Positions 53,462-61,262 of a stretch of DNA of 64,000 bases are shown here, piece after piece. Numbering within the stretch: position 1 is the first letter of the stretch; each line of letters begins with the position of its first letter. The position numbers were made by a program, and so were the translations under genes. The notes under the pieces were generated by a model. The model searched no databases. It was not told where the DNA came from and worked only from the letters and a program-made list of their open reading frames with translations. The DNA comes from Pseudomonadota bacterium. Lineage in GTDB: Bacteria; Pseudomonadota; Gammaproteobacteria; Xanthomonadales; Rhodanobacteraceae. The DNA lies in contig JAEYZH010000024.1 in the NCBI GenBank assembly GCA_023430685.1, positions 1,372 through 65,371 on the forward strand. The letters are read 5' to 3'.

Positions 53462-53468
53462 TTCACGG

Positions 53469-53966
53469 ATGACTGACCGCGACTCCCCGATCATGGCGGC
53501 GCGCCGCAAGCGGCTGCGCGAATGGATCGACGCCCAACATGGCGGCGTGCAGGCGCAGTTTCAGAAGGCGATCGGCATCAATCAGGGAGAGCTCTCCGGC
53601 TTGCTGAACAGCAAGTCGTTCGGGGAGAAGAAGGCGATGGCCATCGAGGTGGCCGCCGCCATGCCGGATGGTTACCTGACCCGACCCTTGGATCCGGCTG
53701 AGCCGGTGTCGCAGTCCGCGAGAATCGACCGCGAGAAGATGGCCGAAGCCATCGAGGTTGCGATGGCCATGAGGGGTCCGCTGACCGCGCAGAAGGTCGC
53801 GGACGCGTACGAACTGTTGGTACGACAGGCGTCGGTGGCCGTGATCAAGCCGAAAGATCAACCGCCACGCGACCCCAAGGGGCCGAAGAGTCATGGCGTT
53901 GTCGAAGGAAGAGGTACAGGAACTGGCGCGCATTCTGGACGCGCGAGCCGGGCACGGAAGAAGTGA
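53469..53966 (+). CDS. CI-like prophage repressor candidate (165 aa, HTH, no S24 peptidase domain seen)
   Basis: RLREWIDAQHGGVQAQFQKAIGINQGELSGLLNSKSFGEKKAMAIE is HTH-like. Divergent from the cro-like gene. The 3' 74 nt overlaps the next ORF, so the exact end is uncertain. Confidence 0.65.
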   Translation: MTDRDSPIMAARRKRLREWIDAQHGGVQAQFQKAIGINQGELSGLLNSKSFGEKKAMAIEVAAAMPDGYLTRPLDPAEPVSQSARIDREKMAEAIEVAMAMRGPLTAQKVADAYELLVRQASVAVIKPKDQPPRDPKGPKSHGVVEGRGTGTGAHSGRASRARKK

Positions 53967-54366
53967 GCGGCCACGTCTGAGGCTGGTCGTTCCGCCAACA
54001 TCGAAGCTGCTGGATCCGATCTTCAGGGATGCTCACATCAAGAGGATCGTCCACCTGCAGCGCGCATACCGGCTGCAATGGTTGGTCGACCAGGCGACGT
54101 TCAACGTCGCCTCACTGTCCTGCCTCGAGGATTGCGACCTGATCCGCCTGGTCAACGACATGGAGCGTGCGCGCGAGTGCATCATGGATGGCGTGTCTTT
54201 CGAGGATGCGGGTCTTGTACGATCAGCCCTCCGAGGCGCCGGCAGTTCGTCGATCGAGGACCTGCGTGACTGCAAGATGGCCGATGAAGTGCGAATGCGC
54301 GTCGATGCGCTCTTGCGCAGTGCGCCGAAGCCTTTCGAGCGCGCGCACGACGAGGCGCCTTTCTAG
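53893..54366 (+). CDS. Hypothetical cytoplasmic protein (157 aa) co-oriented downstream of the repressor
   Basis: MALSKEEVQELARILDARAG... No motif recognised. Slightly lower GC. Sits in the rexA-equivalent position. Confidence 0.5.
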   Translation: MALSKEEVQELARILDARAGHGRSERPRLRLVVPPTSKLLDPIFRDAHIKRIVHLQRAYRLQWLVDQATFNVASLSCLEDCDLIRLVNDMERARECIMDGVSFEDAGLVRSALRGAGSSSIEDLRDCKMADEVRMRVDALLRSAPKPFERAHDEAPF

Positions 54367-54384
54367 GCGGCAGAATGGTGGTGC

Positions 54385-54618
54385 ATGCGCGACGACTTGA
54401 CCCCGGGACAACTCGACGCGCTGCGCCAGCTCGGATGGCGCTCACCAGTGGAGCGCCGCGCGGCTCGGCGAAGAGTGCTCGCGCGCGAAATCGGCTTGGT
54501 GATTGCCGTCGTCGTCGGCTCTACCCTCTTCCTGAAGGCGTGTCAGTGGTCAGGCGGGCGGCCGTACGTTTCGCGCGGGGACGACAGCTACGAGTGCAAC
54601 CATCGAGGTTGCGAGTGA
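54385..54618 (+). CDS. Small single-TM protein (77 aa) ending the repressor-side operon
   Basis: TM IGLVIAVVVGSTLFL and a C-terminal Cys/His-containing tail. Its stop lies 1 nt from the convergent hydrolase stop. Confidence 0.45.
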   Translation: MRDDLTPGQLDALRQLGWRSPVERRAARRRVLAREIGLVIAVVVGSTLFLKACQWSGGRPYVSRGDDSYECNHRGCE

Positions 54619-54619
54619 A

Positions 54620-55150
54620 TCACGCTGCGGCTCTATCGCGCTCGATCAGGATGGCATCGGCTGCCGCTTCAAGGCCGTAGTTCACGCCGCGCAGGCCTGC
54701 GACGACGGTCGCCGCCCAGTCGAAATATTCCCGCTTGCGCTGGGCCGGCCAGTCCGGCGGTGCGTGCACCAAGTCGCGCAGATTCGCGATCTTGTCGGCG
54801 AGCTTTACCAGCTTCGCCTCACGTGAAAGATGCGGCGCATGCTCGACCTGCAGATCCTTCCGACGCTGCTTCGGCAACGTCTTGTCGTCGGTGACCTCGA
54901 GCACGATCGACGCAACGGCATCGTCGAACTCGGAGCACAGCTCTTCGAAGGTGGTGTCCGTGTCCTCGATCGTGTCGTGGAGCAGCGCCGCCGCAAGCAC
55001 AATCGGATCGGAAACGCCGCCCTCTTCCACCAGGATGCGGGCGACCGTTATCGGATGGTTGATGTAGGGAGAGGCTGCAGCGTCCTTGCGACGCTGGTCA
55101 CGGTGCTTGTGGGCGGCGAAGGCCGCTGCACGAAGGACGATGCTGTCCAT
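54620..55150 (-). CDS. Small alarmone hydrolase, Mesh1/SpoT-type HD domain (176 aa)
   Basis: HKHRDQRRKD..PYINHP, AALLHDTIEDTDTT, EVTDDKTLPKQRRKDLQVEHAPHLSREAKLVKLADKIANLRD. This is co-linear with my recollection of metazoan MESH1/HDDC3 and bacterial SAH. Start set at MDSIVLRAAAF (ATG 55150). Confidence 0.85.
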   Translation of the reverse strand: MDSIVLRAAAFAAHKHRDQRRKDAAASPYINHPITVARILVEEGGVSDPIVLAAALLHDTIEDTDTTFEELCSEFDDAVASIVLEVTDDKTLPKQRRKDLQVEHAPHLSREAKLVKLADKIANLRDLVHAPPDWPAQRKREYFDWAATVVAGLRGVNYGLEAAADAILIERDRAAA

Positions 55151-55308
55151 GCGGCGAATCGTAGCAGAACTGGTGCACCGCAGTCGCGGCTTATGGGCTT
55201 CCCTTGCGGGCGCGGGTGCGCTGACTTGCGGTGCGTGATCAGTGTCGCAGCGACGATCCCGTAACGGCAGCGGCATTCGCCGCGCTGCGGCGTAGGAAAT
55301 CTCCGACA

Positions 55309-55340
55309 AGAAAAAGCCCCGCTTTGGCGGGGCTCGATTT
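55309..55340 (-). terminator. Rho-independent terminator after the 2-TM/DUF4760-like gene
   Basis: AGCCCCGC-caaa-GCGGGGCT followed by TTTTT on the minus strand. Partly T-rich on the plus side as well. Confidence 0.75.
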
Positions 55341-55427
55341 CTTCAGTCTAGTTTAGCGGCCGTCAAATCCGACCAGTCTGTTCGTTGGGGGTGTGTGTCA
55401 TTTGAGAGCTCCCTTTGGGCGACTCAC

Positions 55428-56171
55428 TTAGCGGCGGAGTCGGTTGCCGAACTTATCCTTTTGGACCTGTCCTTTCGGCTTCTTCGCTTCAAGCTCTTGC
55501 GCAATCTCTTTGTCGCGCCTTTCTTGCCATGTGGATGCTAAATCTACGAGTTCAATGTACGCCTTGGCATTCGCGATCTGGAAATGCGAGATAAGCGGTC
55601 CCAGCACCTTCACAGCCCGGAGCACTCTCCCTGCTTGTAGGCAGAAAGCGTATTCCTCATCAACAAAGCCTGAATGAACGGCTGCGGCTAGCGACTCTAG
55701 ACAATCCAGGTACGCGCGTGCCGCGTCGCTCCATTTTGTGTTGTCAACAATCTGGTTGACCAGGTCGGCCGTAATGGCCTCTCCACCTGCATTGAAGTGT
55801 GCATCGATCTTGGACTCGTGCGCGACTTCTGCAAAGCGATCATTGGTTGCCCTGCTAGCGTCGGCGCTGAAATATCGATAGAACGTTTCGACGCGATTGA
55901 ACTCCAGATCGGCAATCTGCTTTGCTTTCGCCTCTGCATGCTGTCGGCGCGCTAGCAATACCGAAAGTAGGCCAGACGAAAGGATGAGCAACGACGCTGC
56001 CTTATACGCCGCATCGAAATAATCGCGTCCGTTTTGGGTCCCAAGACGCAGCCCTATCAGGAATAGAACACAAGCAAGACCCACAGTTCCACAGAATGGC
56101 AGCCACACGCGCGGGAGCGCGGCTGGCTGCACTTGATGCATTCGACTAGGGCCTGCATCCGCTTCACTCAT
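55428..56171 (-). CDS. Low-GC moron: 2-TM N-terminus plus DUF4760-like C-terminal domain (247 aa)
   Basis: GGAGG lies 9 nt upstream of the ATG at 56171. TMs WLPFCGTVGLACVLFLIGL and AASLLILSSGLLSVLLA. The C-terminal YLDCLESLAAAVHSGFVDEEYAF...YIELVDLASTWQER resembles DUF4760 as I recall it. Confidence 0.65.
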   Translation of the reverse strand: MSEADAGPSRMHQVQPAALPRVWLPFCGTVGLACVLFLIGLRLGTQNGRDYFDAAYKAASLLILSSGLLSVLLARRQHAEAKAKQIADLEFNRVETFYRYFSADASRATNDRFAEVAHESKIDAHFNAGGEAITADLVNQIVDNTKWSDAARAYLDCLESLAAAVHSGFVDEEYAFCLQAGRVLRAVKVLGPLISHFQIANAKAYIELVDLASTWQERRDKEIAQELEAKKPKGQVQKDKFGNRLRR

Positions 56172-56321
56172 TCAGCCACGCCTCCCCTGTGATTAAGTGT
56201 TTCACGGTCCACGGACGCTGTCCAACCGCGTGCCGGAGGCAGCGCGCACGCACGTATAGCCATCCCGCTAGCAATTCTCGTGCCGCATCGACAGCCCGCC
56301 TCAACGCGGGCTCAGCGCTGC

Positions 56322-56363
56322 TTTACCTTTTGGTATTGACATAGCATTACCGTTTGGTAATAT
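56322..56363 (+). promoter_or_regulatory. Second operator pair plus strong sigma70 promoter (PL-like) for the rightward early operon
   Basis: TTGACA (56336-56341), 16 nt, TAATAT (56358-56363). Operators TTTACCttttGGTATT (56322-56337) and ATTACCgtttGGTAAT (56346-56361) share the consensus seen at 53401-53455. Confidence 0.8.
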
Positions 56364-56401
56364 CTCTCCGTGGCCGATCGGGTCGGCCTTGGGAGAGAGT
56401 G

Positions 56402-57103
56402 ATGGAAGCACACTGCGTCCAGCCCACCATCCAGCTCGGACGGCGGGTCCACTACGAAGCCGGCTACGGCTGCATCGGCGGCGACGGCCTCATCGTCGCG
56501 ATCCACGGCAACCCCAACCACGCCCCGCCCGTCCGGATCGGAGCGATGCGGGTCATCCGCAAGGACGACTGCCGCGTCGACGTGATCCTGTTCGACGGCC
56601 GTCGGATGCTCAGCATCCACCAGTGCAGCATCGACGCGCCTGGCATCGGCATCAAGCTGCTCGATCGGGTCCACGGCCCCGAGCTGATCGAAGTCGCGAA
56701 GCGCAACGCCGCGAGGTACGAAGCCGACCGGGTCATCGCCGAGGCGAAGGCCGCCGAAGACTTCAAGCGGAACGAAGCCTCGCGCGTCATCGAGAACCCG
56801 CCGCTCTTCTACTGGAACGGCATCAAGGATGCGAAGGGCCAGAAGCTGCAGCCGTGCTGGTACAGCGGCGGTCAGCCGGGCGACGAAATCACCATCTACG
56901 CCCGCGACTACACGCACTTCAGCCCCACGGTGCGCGCCTGCTTCAGGGTCGAGAACAACAGCGACCTCATGACCGATTACTTCGAGCAGGATCGGATCCG
57001 GGTCATTCCCGAGCATCCGCTCTACGCGAAGGTCAGGGAAGCGCTCGAAGCGCAGAACGCGCACCGGGAAAAGATGGGCGCCAAGCGCCGGAGCGCGGCA
57101 TGA
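56402..57103 (+). CDS. Hypothetical early protein (233 aa), first gene of the rightward operon
   Basis: GGGAGAGAG lies upstream of the ATG at 56402. No motif recognised. Confidence 0.6.
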   Translation: MEAHCVQPTIQLGRRVHYEAGYGCIGGDGLIVAIHGNPNHAPPVRIGAMRVIRKDDCRVDVILFDGRRMLSIHQCSIDAPGIGIKLLDRVHGPELIEVAKRNAARYEADRVIAEAKAAEDFKRNEASRVIENPPLFYWNGIKDAKGQKLQPCWYSGGQPGDEITIYARDYTHFSPTVRACFRVENNSDLMTDYFEQDRIRVIPEHPLYAKVREALEAQNAHREKMGAKRRSAA

Positions 57104-57423
57104 CCGCCCCGGTGGATGTGCTGGCGGTGCGCGCGATCCAGTTCGCCCCGTGCGACGGTTTCGGCGACGCCGGCCGATCGGCGACGCTACTGGACGATGC
57201 TGGCGAGGTGGTCGGCACGGGCTACGGCGAGACTGACGACGAAGCCGTGATCGAGGCCCTGACGGACTTCGGCATGAGCTGGGACGACGCCTTCGACTTC
57301 GACGCGCGCGCCTTGATCGCCCACGCCCGCCGGCACGACGAGCCGCATGCAGACGACGACAGCCGCGCGGAGTTCCCCCGTGGTGAGTTCCCGCCGTGCG
57401 CCAACGTCGGGCCGCTGGCATGA
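57100..57423 (+). CDS. Small very acidic protein (107 aa)
   Basis: ATGA start-stop overlap. By eye, about a quarter of the residues are Asp/Glu (DDAGEVVGTGYGETDDEAVIEALTDFGMSWDDAFDFD). Confidence 0.55.
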   Translation: MTAPVDVLAVRAIQFAPCDGFGDAGRSATLLDDAGEVVGTGYGETDDEAVIEALTDFGMSWDDAFDFDARALIAHARRHDEPHADDDSRAEFPRGEFPPCANVGPLA

Positions 57424-57695
57424 GCGCCTTTCACTTTCATCATCGGTTTGCGATCGACGGCCGCGCACTGGTCGCGACCATTTCGGAGGTCAACGGTCGC
57501 CTTTTCGTTGACCGCATCGCTCAGGTAGTCAAGCGGCCGCGCGCATATGGCGAAGTGCAGCGCAAAATCTGGCCGAAAGAGAAGCCGAACGCGATCGCGC
57601 GCGCCGCCCTTGAAAACTTGGGCGCGGACGGGCGCGGCTCGATCGAAGATGAAAAAGCCGCCGCCCTCGCGCGCTGCAAAGGCGGTGCGGCATGA
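57420..57695 (+). CDS. Hypothetical early protein (91 aa)
   Basis: ATGA overlap with the upstream stop. MSAFHFHHRFAIDGRALVATISEVNGRLFVD... Confidence 0.5.
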   Translation: MSAFHFHHRFAIDGRALVATISEVNGRLFVDRIAQVVKRPRAYGEVQRKIWPKEKPNAIARAALENLGADGRGSIEDEKAAALARCKGGAA

Positions 57696-58042
57696 ACGCC
57701 TACGACCGCTGGCTCGTCGGCCCATACGTCGACGCGCCGGAACCGCCCGAGCCTACTGACGAGCAGCTGGAACAGGCCGTCGACGATGTCGCCGAGCGCG
57801 GCGGCGACGAGCTGCTGATCGCCATGCGCGATGACGGCTTCTACCTCGACAACCTGCGCGCAGTGATTGTCGCCCGCACGCCGGCGGCGAAAGCCCGTGC
57901 ATGCGACGCCGTGCGCCAAGCGTTCCAGCTGCTGCACGGCGATCGGATCGACACCGAGGCGCAGCGCATCGCTGCAGCCGCAATCCAGCAATCGAAAGAC
58001 GACGCGGCCGAGTACGCCGCGGAATGCGCGGAGGACTGCTGA
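57692..58042 (+). CDS. Small acidic protein (116 aa)
   Basis: ATGA overlap. Acidic helices (PEPPEPTDEQLEQAVDDVAERGGDELL...). Confidence 0.5.
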   Translation: MNAYDRWLVGPYVDAPEPPEPTDEQLEQAVDDVAERGGDELLIAMRDDGFYLDNLRAVIVARTPAAKARACDAVRQAFQLLHGDRIDTEAQRIAAAAIQQSKDDAAEYAAECAEDC

Positions 58043-58350
58043 TGAACGCTCACGTGCACTACCTGCGCCCGGCGGCGGTCGAGCACCACGTTCGCAGGGT
58101 GGTCCAGCGCATGGGCGCTGATCCCGACACGACGAAGAAGGCGGTCCAACGCGCCGCACTCGCGATTCGCACGGGAGACACGGCTCACCGGGCCATTGTG
58201 GCCGGCGTCGAAGTTGCCGCGGCCACGATGGCGATCGAGCGCCGCCGCACGCGCGCACAGAGCGAGCCGCCCTCGATTCTTCGCTGCATCGCAATCTTGG
58301 TCGCGACCATCGCGGCGCTCCTGCTGATCGCCGCGGTGACGGGCGGCTGA
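58042..58350 (+). CDS. Small protein with a C-terminal TM anchor (102 aa)
   Basis: TGATG overlap. The C-terminal ILRCIAILVATIAALLLIAAVTGG is hydrophobic. Confidence 0.5.
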   Translation: MNAHVHYLRPAAVEHHVRRVVQRMGADPDTTKKAVQRAALAIRTGDTAHRAIVAGVEVAAATMAIERRRTRAQSEPPSILRCIAILVATIAALLLIAAVTGG

Positions 58351-58351
58351 C

Positions 58352-58561
58352 ATGGAACGCATCTCGCGCATGACCGGAACACTCGCCGCATGCCCTGGCT
58401 GCGGCGGCCAGCCCAAGCACGTCGAGCGCTTCGGCTATGGCGGAACCCACTGGCTCGAATGCCCGCCCTGCGGCACCCGCACCCCGAAATTCCAGACGCT
58501 CAACGAAGCGGTCGAGGCGTGGGAACGCAGCGAAACCAAGCAACAAGGAGTAGCCGCATGA
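58352..58561 (+). CDS. Lar-family restriction-alleviation-like zinc-ribbon protein (69 aa)
   Basis: CPGCGGQPKHVERFGYGGTHWLECPPCGTRTPKFQTLNEAVEAWERSE follows the CxxC...CxxC...A..W pattern of Lar-like proteins. Confidence 0.65.
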   Translation: MERISRMTGTLAACPGCGGQPKHVERFGYGGTHWLECPPCGTRTPKFQTLNEAVEAWERSETKQQGVAA

Positions 58562-59535
58562 ATGCACAAACCATCGAGCGCGAAGTCCCCGGGATGGTCG
58601 CCGAGCAGGGCATGGTCAGCATGCTCAACCGCTCGGAGATCGAGCAACAGATCGCGACCGCACGGCGCTTCCCGCGCTCCATCAAGCGCTTCCGTGACGA
58701 GGCGCTGCAGATGGTCACGCTGAGCGAGTCGGTCGCCGAGCAGTGCATCTACGCGCTGCCGCGTGACGGCAAGACGATCGAGGGTCCGAGCGCGCGCTTC
58801 GCCGAAGTCGTCGCTTCGGCATGGGGTAACTGCCGCGCCGGCGCGCGCGTCGTTGACGACTCGGGCGAGTTCGTCACCGCGCAGGGCGTATTCCACGACC
58901 TCGAGCGCAACGTCGCGATCACGTACGAGGTGCAACGCCGCATCACGAACAAGCACGGCAAGCGCTACAACGCCGACATGATCGGCGTGACCGCGAACGC
59001 GGCGTGCTCGATCGCGCTGCGCAACGCGATCCTGAAAGGCGTCCCGAAGGCGTTCTGGGACGACATGTACGGCGCCGCGCGGCAGGTCATCATGGGCGAC
59101 ATCCAGACGCTCGCGAATCGCCGCGCATCGACGATCGCGGCCTTCCAGAAGTTCGGTGTCCTGCCAGAACAAATCATTGCGAAGCTCGATGTCGCCGGCG
59201 TCGAGGACATCACGCTCGAACACCTGGTCGTGCTCCGTGGCCTGCTGACCGCGATCAAGGAAGGCGACACCACGGTCGAGGAAACCTTCCCCGCGATTGC
59301 CGGACCGGCGCGCGGCGAGCTCGCGCCCTACCCGGCCGAGACCTTCAGCACCAATCTCCCCAAGTGGAGCGAGGCGATTAAGGCCGGCAAGAAGACGCCG
59401 CACGAGATCATCGCGATGGTGTCCAGCAAGGGCACGCTCAGCGAGCAGCAGCGCCAGGCGATCCAAGCCTGCGCGGAACTGCAGGGCGAAGCCGACACGG
59501 ACGCTACGGCGCAGGCCGAAGGCGGTGCAGCATGA
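58558..59535 (+). CDS. Single-strand annealing protein (RecT/Red-beta-like role), 325 aa
   Basis: AAGGAG RBS and ATGA overlap. Sits directly upstream of a YqaJ-type exonuclease gene. The conserved core is GPSARFAEVVASAWGN...VFHDLERNVAITYEV. Family assignment rests on context plus weak recollection. Confidence 0.6.
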   Translation: MNAQTIEREVPGMVAEQGMVSMLNRSEIEQQIATARRFPRSIKRFRDEALQMVTLSESVAEQCIYALPRDGKTIEGPSARFAEVVASAWGNCRAGARVVDDSGEFVTAQGVFHDLERNVAITYEVQRRITNKHGKRYNADMIGVTANAACSIALRNAILKGVPKAFWDDMYGAARQVIMGDIQTLANRRASTIAAFQKFGVLPEQIIAKLDVAGVEDITLEHLVVLRGLLTAIKEGDTTVEETFPAIAGPARGELAPYPAETFSTNLPKWSEAIKAGKKTPHEIIAMVSSKGTLSEQQRQAIQACAELQGEADTDATAQAEGGAA

Positions 59536-61262
59536 AGACGCTGCAACTGGTCCAAGGGGACCCGGAGTGGCACGCGCACCGCGCTGCGCACTTCAACGCC
59601 AGCGACGCGCCCGCAATGCTCGGCGTCTCGCCCTACAAGACGCGCACGCAGCTGCTGCGCGAACTCGCCACCGGCGTCGCCCGCGAGTTCAGCGACTACG
59701 TGCAGGAGCGCGTCATCGACCCGGGCCATGCGTTCGAGGCGAACGCGCGCGCCATCGCCGAGGAAATCATCGGCGAAGAGCTCTATCCCTGCACCGGCAG
59801 TGAGGGGCGGTTCTCGGCCAGCTTCGACGGCCTGACGCTCATGGGCGACATCGCCTTCGAGCACAAGTCGATGAACGCCGAGCTGCGGCAGGCGATCAAG
59901 GACGCGAACGAACGCGGTGCCGCGCTCCCAGAACCCTACCGCGTGCAGATGGAACAGCAGTGCATGGTCAGCGGCGCCGAGCGCGTGCTGTTCATGGCTT
60001 CTCGCTGGTCCGACGAAGGGAAGCTGCTCGAGGAAGCGCATTGCTGGTACACGCCGGACCCGGCGCTGCGCAAGCGCATCGTGGCGGGCTGGGCACAGTT
60101 CGAGCGCGACCTCGCCGACTACAAGCCAGAGCCCGCCGCGGCGCCTGCGCCGGTCGCGCGCCAGGTCGAGGGATTCGGCGCCCTGTCCCTCCGGATCGAA
60201 GGTCGCGTGCTGGCCTCGAACCTCGACGCATTCAAGGCAGGGGCCGAGGCGTTCATCGCGCGGCTTCCGAAGCCGGACGAACTGCAGACCGACCAGGACT
60301 TCGCCGACGCCGATGCCGCGGTGAAGGCCTGCGCCGAGGCGGAATCGCGGATCAAGGCCGCGAAGGATGCCGCGCAGGCGCAAATGGCCGACGTCGACGC
60401 GGCGTTCCGGCTCGCCGACGCAATCACGGAATCGATCCGTACTGCGCGCCTCGCGCTCGACAAGGCGGTCAAGTCCGAGAAGGAGGTGCGCAAGGCTCAG
60501 ATCGTCGACCGCGGCCGGCTGGCCGTCGTGGACCACTACGCGATCATCAACGCGACCCTCGGCAAGCATGCGATCCATCCGCCGCAGTCGCTCCAGCTGA
60601 ACATCGGCGCCGCGATCAAAGGCCTGCGCACGATCGCGAGCATTACGGATGCCGTCGACACGGCCGTCGCGTCGGCGAAGATCGAAGCCAGCCAGCGCGC
60701 AGAATGCGTGCGCGCGTGCATGGCGGTGCTGGATGCCGCGCCTGCTGCCGATCATCCGGCGCTGTTCCCGGACCGCGTGGCGCTCTGCGCCGAGAAGACC
60801 GCAGACGACCTGCGCAACCTGGTCGCCGCACGCATCGCCGAGCACGAGAAGCGCGAAGCAGCGCGGCTCGAGCAGGAGCGTGAGCGCATCCGCAAGGAAG
60901 AGGCGGAGAAGCTGGCGCGCGAGCAGGCTGGCACACAGAACACCACGAGGGCCGTTGAAGCCGAGCAGCAGTCGCCCGCTGCCGGCCGAGGCATGGGCGA
61001 CTCAACCCGGGAGCTTCGGGCGGCTGGAGAACCGGGGATTGGTATAGCGAAACCGACCTCTCCTGTCGCTCGCATCAAGCTCGGCGACATCAATGCCCGC
61101 ATCGCGCCGCTGTCGATCACCGCGGACGGACTGGCGCAACTCGGCTTCCGCGCAGTCGGCACCAGCGGTGCCGCCAAGCTCTACAGCGAATCCGACTGGC
61201 CCGCGATCTGCGCCGCACTCGCGAAGGTCATCGAGAGCGCGGCGCTCAAGGAGGCTGCGTGA
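59532..61262 (+). CDS. YqaJ/lambda-Exo-type recombination exonuclease with a ~370-aa helical C-terminal extension
   Basis: N-terminal GDPEWHAHRAAHFNASDAPAMLGVSPYKTRTQLL, and ...SFDGLTLMGDIAFEHKS (PD-(D/E)xK). The long coiled-coil C-terminus is reminiscent of DUF1351-type phage proteins. Confidence 0.75.
   Translation: MKTLQLVQGDPEWHAHRAAHFNASDAPAMLGVSPYKTRTQLLRELATGVAREFSDYVQERVIDPGHAFEANARAIAEEIIGEELYPCTGSEGRFSASFDGLTLMGDIAFEHKSMNAELRQAIKDANERGAALPEPYRVQMEQQCMVSGAERVLFMASRWSDEGKLLEEAHCWYTPDPALRKRIVAGWAQFERDLADYKPEPAAAPAPVARQVEGFGALSLRIEGRVLASNLDAFKAGAEAFIARLPKPDELQTDQDFADADAAVKACAEAESRIKAAKDAAQAQMADVDAAFRLADAITESIRTARLALDKAVKSEKEVRKAQIVDRGRLAVVDHYAIINATLGKHAIHPPQSLQLNIGAAIKGLRTIASITDAVDTAVASAKIEASQRAECVRACMAVLDAAPAADHPALFPDRVALCAEKTADDLRNLVAARIAEHEKREAARLEQERERIRKEEAEKLAREQAGTQNTTRAVEAEQQSPAAGRGMGDSTRELRAAGEPGIGIAKPTSPVARIKLGDINARIAPLSITADGLAQLGFRAVGTSGAAKLYSESDWPAICAALAKVIESAALKEAA

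Noticed and set aside
59328-60845. 505-aa minus-strand ORF
   Set aside because: It is antisense to the YqaJ-type exonuclease gene, in an operon that is otherwise entirely plus-strand and translationally coupled.
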